Shown one piece after another: positions 11,897 to 20,412 of a stretch of 64,000 bases of DNA. The stretch comes from Epithemia pelagica (Eukaryota; Protista; Bacillariophyta), in assembly GCA_946965045.2 (NCBI GenBank), contig OX337233.1:1364001-1428000 (forward strand). Reading direction: 5' to 3'. Position 1 is the stretch's first letter, and each line of letters opens with the position of its first letter. The notes beneath the pieces are model-generated. The model was given only the letters and a program-made list of their open reading frames with translations. It was not told where the DNA came from and made no database searches. Both the position numbers and the translations under genes were made by a program.

Positions 11897-14218
11897 TCAT
11901 CTCTGTTCTTGTGGTTGCAGAGTTGGTTCCTCTTGTTGTTGTGCGGGGGCTTGGTGTGACTGGGACTGGCTGTGGGCGGAAGCATCTTTGGGAGTCGTTG
12001 TTGTTGTCATGGTCAAATCGATCAAGATGTGGGCTTTGGCAATGTCCTTCCAACTTTCCAAGGTGGATTGCAATTGATTGGCAGAGATTTTGGCTTGATC
12101 CATGCGATCGACCGAATCGTCCACACGCACCACGACATGTGCCACCTGGTTCTCGTGGAACAACGCAATGGATTCTACACTGGAAATGTCGGGTATGGAC
12201 ATGGCCTGTTGTCGAATCAATTGTTTCAATGCATCGTTGTCATGACTATCATCGTCCACAAGATTCTGCAGATGGTCGTGATCATGGTCGTGATGGTCCA
12301 CTGGAGACGATGGGAATTCCACCGAGGCAACAACCTCCTGTTCATCGGTGGTGGCTGCTGCATGAGACACGGAGAAAGCTTGGACTTTGTTTCCGCTTGT
12401 CTCACCCCACGGATCCGGACCACTGCCGCTTCCTTGTGGCGGCGGTAAGGCCCGTACTTCGGCATCCAAAATGACATGGGCCACCGAGTCGTGGGTCAAA
12501 ATGTGGTGTCGTACCTCTTCTTCCAAACGACGCGTATCGGCCGCCGAACAGTGTTGTGCTTGTTCCATGGTGGTGACCAATTTGACATCCACCAAGGCTT
12601 GGGATCCCACTTGGCGGGCCCGTACTTGATGGACCTGAACACGGTTGTTGTGGTTGTTGGTAGTAGTACTGTCGTCGCCGTGGGAGTGTGTAGCGAGAGA
12701 TGACTTGGTATCATTGGTTTGTTGTTCTTGTTGTTGTTGCGCGGTCGTATGTTCTTGTACAATTTGCGTCACTTGTTGCACCAAGGCTTCATTGTTGGTA
12801 TCGGACAATTGGTTAATGCTTTCTCCCAAAATGTCCGCCCCCGTCATACAAATCATGCCGGCCACCAACAAGCCGGCAAAGGAATCGGCCGCCAACATGC
12901 CCGGAACAAACATGGCCAATCCAATACTGAGCAAGGCCAAAATGGACGAATAGGCGTCCGATCGATGATGCCAGGCATTGGCCAACAAGACTTGCGAATT
13001 GAGGCCTTGGGCCACGACACGGGTGATCCGAAACAACCATTCCTTGGACAAAATGGACACACCGGCCATGAGAAGGGCGGGAGGTTTGGGAAGGGCCACG
13101 GCGGTCGTTGCGGTTGCTGCTGCCGCCGCAGCCGTACCAGTACTCCCCCGACTGCTCAAAATTTGCAACATGGTTTGATTGGACATGGCACCGACGGACA
13201 AGCCCGTGGCCAACAAGGTGAGGGCCAAAAACAGACTCCCCAGAGCTTCAAATTTGCCATGACCATAGGGATGATCGTCATCGGGTGGTAAGCGCGCGAC
13301 TTGAACGGCAAAGAGGGTGACAAAGTCGGATACCAAATCACTGAGGGAATGACCGGCATCGGCAATCAAGGCCGCCGAATGACAGGACACACCCACGACC
13401 CATTTGCCAATGGACAAGACCAAATTTACCACCACACCCAATAAGGTCACACGAATGGCGGGGTCGCCACGACGACGACTACGACGTTGGATGCGACGAT
13501 TCTCCCGTGGAGAAGGAGCCATGAATGTCATCGATTCCTCATTCTCTTCCTCTTCTTCGGCCGGACCACTACCGAGTCCAAGGAGGTTGGACCATTGGAG
13601 GGGCGGCAAATGTTTGACCACTTGTTGCATGGTGGCTTGTAGTTTGTGTACCAACTGTGTCAACTCGGATCGAATGGGATGGGCAAAACTCAAGGCCAAG
13701 GCACTCACACAAAAGGCAGTCCAATCCGTCGTGCGAAAGTGAAACAATTGAGACAAGGACATGGTGGTCGTCCAAGGGGACGAGGCAGCGGCCCACCAGG
13801 CGGCTCGTGTTGTTGCTGCACCACCCGCACAGGCCAAGCCATTTCTCCAATTGCAAACCAACCGAGGTCCCAAGGTAACCATGGCACAAAACAACAAGAG
13901 TGTGACTTGTCGACGCCAAAAATGCCGTTGCAATACTCGATGTTGGGACGACGATGAAGAAGAAGAATGATCGTGATGATGATGATGACTGTGCGAATGA
14001 CCCATGTGCATGGATAATGATCGAGGCGTTCTGGTTGTAACTCTCCTTGCTGGTGCATGCCAAGAACCCGACGACGACGACATGGACACGAGCGTTTGAT
14101 GATTGCGCGGGACGCAAAAGCCTTGTACGGATGATGTTCCCAACAGCAATAGACCAACAAATCCCACCATTATGAAGCAGATTTGCGGCTTGACCCTATG
14201 CAATAAGGATATCATCAT
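11897..14218 (-). CDS. Cation diffusion facilitator (CDF) metal transporter, FieF/MMT-like
   Basis: ALIADAGHSLSDLVSD (TM2 HxxxD), DDDHPYGHGKFE and LLANAWHHRSDAYSS (TM5 HxxxD), plus the His-rich HMGHSHSHHHHHDH. Probable start is ATG 14170 (MVGFVGLLLLGTSSVQG-FCVP, signal-peptide-like). Confidence 0.92.
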   Translation of the reverse strand: MMISLLHRVKPQICFIMVGFVGLLLLGTSSVQGFCVPRNHQTLVSMSSSSGSWHAPARRVTTRTPRSLSMHMGHSHSHHHHHDHSSSSSSSQHRVLQRHFWRRQVTLLLFCAMVTLGPRLVCNWRNGLACAGGAATTRAAWWAAASSPWTTTMSLSQLFHFRTTDWTAFCVSALALSFAHPIRSELTQLVHKLQATMQQVVKHLPPLQWSNLLGLGSGPAEEEEENEESMTFMAPSPRENRRIQRRSRRRGDPAIRVTLLGVVVNLVLSIGKWVVGVSCHSAALIADAGHSLSDLVSDFVTLFAVQVARLPPDDDHPYGHGKFEALGSLFLALTLLATGLSVGAMSNQTMLQILSSRGSTGTAAAAAATATTAVALPKPPALLMAGVSILSKEWLFRITRVVAQGLNSQVLLANAWHHRSDAYSSILALLSIGLAMFVPGMLAADSFAGLLVAGMICMTGADILGESINQLSDTNNEALVQQVTQIVQEHTTAQQQQEQQTNDTKSSLATHSHGDDSTTTNNHNNRVQVHQVRARQVGSQALVDVKLVTTMEQAQHCSAADTRRLEEEVRHHILTHDSVAHVILDAEVRALPPPQGSGSGPDPWGETSGNKVQAFSVSHAAATTDEQEVVASVEFPSSPVDHHDHDHDHLQNLVDDDSHDNDALKQLIRQQAMSIPDISSVESIALFHENQVAHVVVRVDDSVDRMDQAKISANQLQSTLESWKDIAKAHILIDLTMTTTTTPKDASAHSQSQSHQAPAQQQEEPTLQPQEQR

Positions 14219-14884
14219 GGTCTTGGATATACAATAGACTCCTCGTCAAATAGAGATAGTTTGATGATCTGTCACAGAGATGGAGAAGATGCAATGGGAC
14301 AATGTGGAGAAAAGAAAGAGATGCGGTCGTCCACGCACCGACACGCCGTCCGACGGAAGATCCATGCAGTAGCACTACTTCACGGAGGACGGGGCTGATG
14401 GATCCAACGACTTTGTTGATTTTCACCAAATAAGAACCCTGGGGTGTAATCACCTCCGTGGATTGGACCAGATGGAGAAAGAAGCGTCGAAGAATGTGCG
14501 ACATGGAATCCTGTACGATGGGACAGAGTTTGGACATGCGAATCCACGGTCTGTACGACGCCTCGAGTTTCGACAGGGAGATTAAAAAAAACGAGAGAAA
14601 AAAAATGGCCTCTTTCCATTTTCGCCGTTCATGTCGTCATCTTCTCATCTCTCTCTTGTGGAACGAACAAGAACACACAACATATAGCCAAATAACAATA
14701 ATCCGTTGAAGATAAGCCAACCCAACAGTGAGCTAGTTACACGGGAGAGAAAGAGCGAGGCTGACACTGTTGGAGTGTTGCAATCTTCCCGAATTCCGTT
14801 CCACCACAGTCGTTCCATGATTGGGAACCTTTGCCGGTTTGAAAGAACGAATTGTGGTTGCTAGAGAGAGTTTCGTGACACACC

Positions 14885-17800
14885 ATGGATACCTCCAGTA
14901 TCAACGCGTTGCTCACAGCGTCGGGTGTTCCCGTGACGGGGAGTTTGGGTAGTACGACAGTCACACGAGACGATTGTATTTCCACCATGGAACAGTGGTT
15001 GGGAATCACCACCACCACCACCACCACGACTGCATCATCATTACCCAATCAGGACCTTCCACAACAACAGCTTCATGCCGACTCCGTGGCTAACGGTTTG
15101 CCCTCGACGGACCACCCCAATGCAGTGACCAATGAAGCTGTTTGGTTGGCCTGGCGACGCATCTTAATTTCTGCCTGGCATCCCGAATCGCCAACCATTG
15201 CTGCTACACCCACGACGAATGGTTCTGCTACTTCCACACCATCTTCCTCCAATCCTCCTTCCTTCTTGACGGCTGCCTCGGCATCTCATCATCATCATCA
15301 TCATGTGAATTTACTCGTGGAGTCCACCGTGTCACCCGAGCAAATTTCCTTGACCCGTGTCTGGGATGCCGTTCGTGCGACGCACTGGCTGGAAGCATGG
15401 ATGGAATTGCCCCTGGATGCCATCCCCCTTTCACCCGATACCACCAACGACGACGACGACAACAAGAACGCTTTCTCCATGGATCATCATTGGGTGGGAG
15501 TCTTACTGTGGCACGACCAACAACAACAACAACATCAGCAGTCCTCAACACTAGCAGCAGCCAGTCCTCGTCGCTTGATTCAAGCCTTGTACCATCATTT
15601 GGAACAATTGCCACTCTTACAAGCCCACATGCACGCGTATACTCATTCCTTGCAACAACCAGCAGGACAGGACCCTGTGCCCCATCGATTGCAATCGTCG
15701 GGAGATGGACCCCGTGCTTCGTCCCACGACCGAACCACCAACCACAACAACCGGAAAAAACCGGACATGGCGGCTCGATTGGCCGCCTTGCAACTGTCGC
15801 AATCCGTATCGGCCCGATTGCTGACGGAATGGAAGGCTCACGAACAACGGTTGCAACGCATCTTGGCCGTGTGGTATCGTGCCTCGTCGGCACCCTTGCG
15901 AGCGTATACGCGCACGTGTTTGGGCCGTGTGTGGAAACGGTATTGGTTGCGGACCGCAGCCGGTGGGGGTGGTGGTGGTACTTTGGTGACGCGGCATGAA
16001 AATACCCAAGCCGCTAGTTTGTCCATTACCCTGCAAACCTTGCTCGTCATTGTCCAAGGACGACAACGACAAAACGGAACGACGGCCGTGGCGCGAGACT
16101 TGATTCTGGAATTGTTGCTTCCTCTTCATCAACCCAATGCCTTGGTCTTGTGGAGAGATCAAACACCCGTCTTATCCTTGTATCATGAACCCTTGACGCA
16201 ATGCATGGCGACCCTGTTGGCCTTGCCCACAACCAAACAGGCGGAACATGACGACCACAAGAACGAGGAGGATTTGATGCCTCTCGTCTTGCAGGCCTTG
16301 ATTCAACCCGACATTTTTCCAATGGCGGGTCATACCAATAAGCAAATCCTGCTCTTGCATGAAATGGATACCTTTTTAGGTTTGTTTGCCTCGTATTGTG
16401 ACGATTCGAAACAAGGCCCGGAAAAACAAGCACCCACCCACGTCCCATGGTGGCTCCAAGGACCGCAACAACAACAACATCAACCGCCACTGGACTCGAC
16501 CTGGTGGGTCGATGTCTGTCGCGTGGTGGCACGATGCATGGCATCGGATCATTCCGGCTTGGCGGAACAAGCCTTGCAATTGATTCGCAACACTGTCTTT
16601 GTCACCTTGGTACAACGACATGCCGAGTCCTGTTTGCCCCTCTTTTTGCAAGCCTTGGTTCCCTCCTCCTTTGTCCATTCCCCACCAACGACAACGACTG
16701 CCACATCCACAACAACCACCAGCAGCGCCACCACCAGCAACTCGTCTCTGGTTTCGTGGAATCCCACGGTGCGCAAAATGATTTATTTGGTCTTGAGCAA
16801 ACTTGTCACTGTGATTTCTCCCTCCATTGTACAAGCTGCCGCTCAACAAGCCTTTTTTGCGGCTCGGCCCGCAGTCGCCAAGAACGAGGATGCATTGTCC
16901 GAGATTCGTAGCAGCACCACCAAACCAGTTTCCTCCTCCTCTTCCAAGACCAAAGCAACCACAACCACGACCAAGCCCACAACCGGTCATCGGTCCTTGT
17001 TGCCTCCTTCCGTTCATTCTTTGGGACAACGCAAACCTCGGTCACTTGCGGCACCACCCCCGAGCTCCAGCTCGTCGGGGGGAATTTTGGGAACCTCCTG
17101 GAAACCCTCCAAGACAACGAGAAAAGGTACCAGTGGTGTCGTCCGCCATGGAGGAATGCCTCCACCCATTGGTGGTCGTCCTCGTCGTGGTGGTGGTGGA
17201 GGAGCATCATCGTCATTATCACATTCCCAACAGCAACCACCCGCGACCATTACCGGTGTCGCTCCGTGGGCCACCAGTAGCAGCCCAGGCACTGGACGTG
17301 AAATGCCGCCACCACCTTCAACCTCCCAAGCAAAGTCCAAGCAACCACCCGTGACCATTACCGGTGTTGCTCCCGGGGCCATGAGTGGTCCACCCCTACC
17401 GCCGTCTGCGAGACGGGCACCGAATCTACCCAAAACGACACACTCCATCCAATCCGGGGCTGACAAGACAAGTAGTCTTGGGGGAATTGCGGAAGGCTCT
17501 ACTATTCAGGAAGATAATGATGATCATCATCATGAAACTCCAATAGATGGAAAACCGTTGGAAGAGAAGAAACGAGAGGATACTATATCTGAAAACGATG
17601 TACCTGTGAACTCTTCATCTCTGGAAACCCAGTTTCAATCTACGGCCTATCAACGTGTGTTGGATTATATGGAAATACTGAAACCACCACCCGAGGAAGA
17701 AGGGGCGTCGTCATGGAGCAAGGTTCAAATGGCCGAGAGTCCAACCTTGTTACCCACTCTCAAGTTTCACAATTTGGTCTTTGGACATGATTTAGGAACT

Positions 17801-19180
17801 GGATCGTTTGGGACTGTTCGCTATGCACGTTTGATTGAACGAAACAAGACGCGGTCCAAGTGGCCGGAGTATGCCGTCAAGATTGTGTCCATGGACAAGA
17901 TACAGTCCTTGGGCTACGAATCATCGATTCAACGAGAAATTGCCATTTTGCATCTTTTGTCACACCCCGGTATTGCTAGACTGATCTCGTCCTTTCGTTT
18001 CCGGGAAGGCACGGTCTATCTAGTGTTGGAGTATGCCAGTCGAGGTGATTTGTATACCCTCCTTCGACAACAGGGTTCATTGGATCATGATGCCACGCGC
18101 TTTGTCATTGGCGAGTTGGTGGCAGCCTTGGCCAGTATTCATGATTTGGGTCTGGTGTATGGCGATTTGAAACCAGAAAACATTGTCATTACTGAAGTGG
18201 GACACATCAAACTGACGGATTTTGGCGCTTGTCGACCCGTCACGGAACAAGCAAAGAAACGAATCCATAACCTGGCCAAGACATGTTTGAAAAACCTTCG
18301 AAATGGAGACTGGAAAGAAGACGAGAAAGCAGCGACAAAAGAAAGTGAGAGTGGAAAAGAAAGTGAATCCAACAACCTTGGAGAGGAACTTGACGACCTC
18401 GAAATGGATGATGACGTCCAAGATGAAAAGGAAGATGTGCGGGTTGAAGGGACGACAACCTATCTGCCACCTGAGGTTGTTCTCGGTGCCTATCCAACTC
18501 AGGCTGCCGATTCGTGGGCGCTGGGATGCGTGCTTTACCAGTGTTTGTCGGGACGACCACCACTTCTGGACGTTGATGAAGAAGCTACTCGACAACGAAT
18601 TGTTACGTTTGCTGCCGAAGCTAGCAGTTCTTCTTCGACGAACAATGACAGTCATGTATCGAAACTGTTCGAAGACCGACATTCGTCGGGTGTGTCGCCG
18701 CTCGCACGTGAACTGATTCGAACCACATTTGCACGCGATGCCAACAGCCGTCCCAATATGTACCAAATAGCACGTCACGAGTTTTTCGCAAGTGCCGGCG
18801 TACAAGTTTTTACATTGTACCAACAGGCTGCATCGCCATTGGAAGTGGGGAATGTGGCACCTCCCACGGCGGCGGAAGCGGAGGACGCACAATGGGCTCG
18901 ACGACAATACAGTTCCATATGGGCACCGCAACCTCAACAATACACTTTGGGCTCTAGGACGGAAGAACAAGGAAATGATCAGCAAACCAGATCAACCTTG
19001 GCAGCTATGGCGGCATCGCCAATACCAGAAGGAAAGGAAGTGACAGCGTTTTTCACAGCACGACAAGAACCGGAGACTGGAGGAGCTTTGGCTCCCTCTT
19101 CCGTTGCATCGCTAAGTTCACAAACACCAGTGTTGGGAAGGATTTCAGAACGAAGACCTTTTCTGCCTTCTCCCGGATAG
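14885..19180 (+). CDS. Fusion protein: PP2A B56(B')-like HEAT domain plus C-terminal PDK1/AGC-like Ser/Thr kinase
   Basis: Uninterrupted 1431-aa ORF. Kinase motifs: [48 protein letters not shown]. B56-like motifs at about 15827-16803: [48 protein letters not shown]. Confidence 0.88.
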   Translation: [1431 protein letters not shown]

Positions 19181-19490
19181 TGACACAGAGCAGCCTTATG
19201 AGCCTTTGGACAAAAGTCCTTCTTTGGGTTGTCGAGTGTCGAGGGCTACTCTTAGGGCACTAGAGGCCACTTTAGATTATGTAGGAGTACTCGTAGAGGA
19301 GTAGGAGCTTAGAAGTTGAGTAGTTGGGTCCTGGATACCTTGCCAGTCCCGTGAATCGTAATTTTGCGCGCGGATTTCGTGCCGGCGTGTGGACAAGGTG
19401 CCGTGCGCGCACATTTTGAATGTCGTGCTCTCTGTTTTGTGTGTCTTTGAAACAAAAAATCTTTTGGAAGAGACAACAACAAGTAAAACG

Positions 19491-19964
19491 ATGGTAGCAA
19501 CGACGGAAGCAGCCACATCATCCATCAAGCGCAAGGTATCCTTGTCCCCAGAAACTAATAAGGTGCCTCCTGCCAAAAAGGCACGCACCACCAAGAGCAA
19601 ACTTACAGAAGAAGAGGCACTCAACAAGGCTGTTGGGCAAGTTTCTCGCAAACTTCAAGCCCAGATCAAGTCCAAGCTGCAATGGAAAAATAGTTTCTGT
19701 GCACTAAAGAATGGTGCGACGCGAGGAGCACGTGTAGAAGTCACATGCAACGACCCAAAAGTCTTTGAAAAAATTTTCAAGTTTGCAACGGTCAAGAAAA
19801 CCAAGGATCGCCTCTCATGCAGCCTCAAAACAGACGACGAAGTTGACGACTTTCCTTTTTCAGGAAAGTCCTACAGGTACAACACCTCTGTGCTCAAAGC
19901 TCCCATTTCGGCAAGTTTGAAGGAAAACACACTCACGCTTTCGTTCAAGTATACCATCTATTAG
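19491..19964 (+). CDS. Small basic hypothetical protein with NLS-like segment
   Basis: ATG 19491 opens a 157-aa ORF that is Lys-rich (KRKVSLSPETNKVPPAKKARTTK) and followed by a globular-looking alpha/beta region. No family recognised. Confidence 0.6.
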   Translation: MVATTEAATSSIKRKVSLSPETNKVPPAKKARTTKSKLTEEEALNKAVGQVSRKLQAQIKSKLQWKNSFCALKNGATRGARVEVTCNDPKVFEKIFKFATVKKTKDRLSCSLKTDDEVDDFPFSGKSYRYNTSVLKAPISASLKENTLTLSFKYTIY

Positions 19965-20412
19965 CTGAATAGGCCACGCCGTGGAGAAGGGAGTAGAAAC
20001 ATAAACTAAGTAGTCAGACCTCAGGTGGCGGGAGCCTCTGGCTGGTATTGGTATCCCATTATTAGCCAAGCTCCTCAATCCCGGAGGCAGTTAACGAACG
20101 AATTGCATCTTCTCTTCCGTGTTCGTATTACAGATACGGAATACGGATGATCTCATCGCGATCAGAGGCCGAAGAGCATGCGGAGCTGCAGTCATGCGTA
20201 CGAGTATTGTATTAGTGATTGCCGTCCTTGTGTCTGTGTCCCACTTACTTTCCGACATCTGGGACACGCTCGCGCTCACTTTTTCGACTTCCCGCCGCTA
20301 CCCACACACCGATCCAGATTCCTCATATCCCACAAAACCGAGGCATCGATATTCGGCGTCTGTGGAGCGGAACGAGAAAGAGGGAGCATCTTGTTTACTT
20401 GGATGTTGACCT

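Noticed and set aside
17230-17382. Duplicated QPPxTITGVAP peptide in the kinase linker
   Set aside because: A real two-copy micro-duplication inside a low-complexity linker, but no function can be argued.
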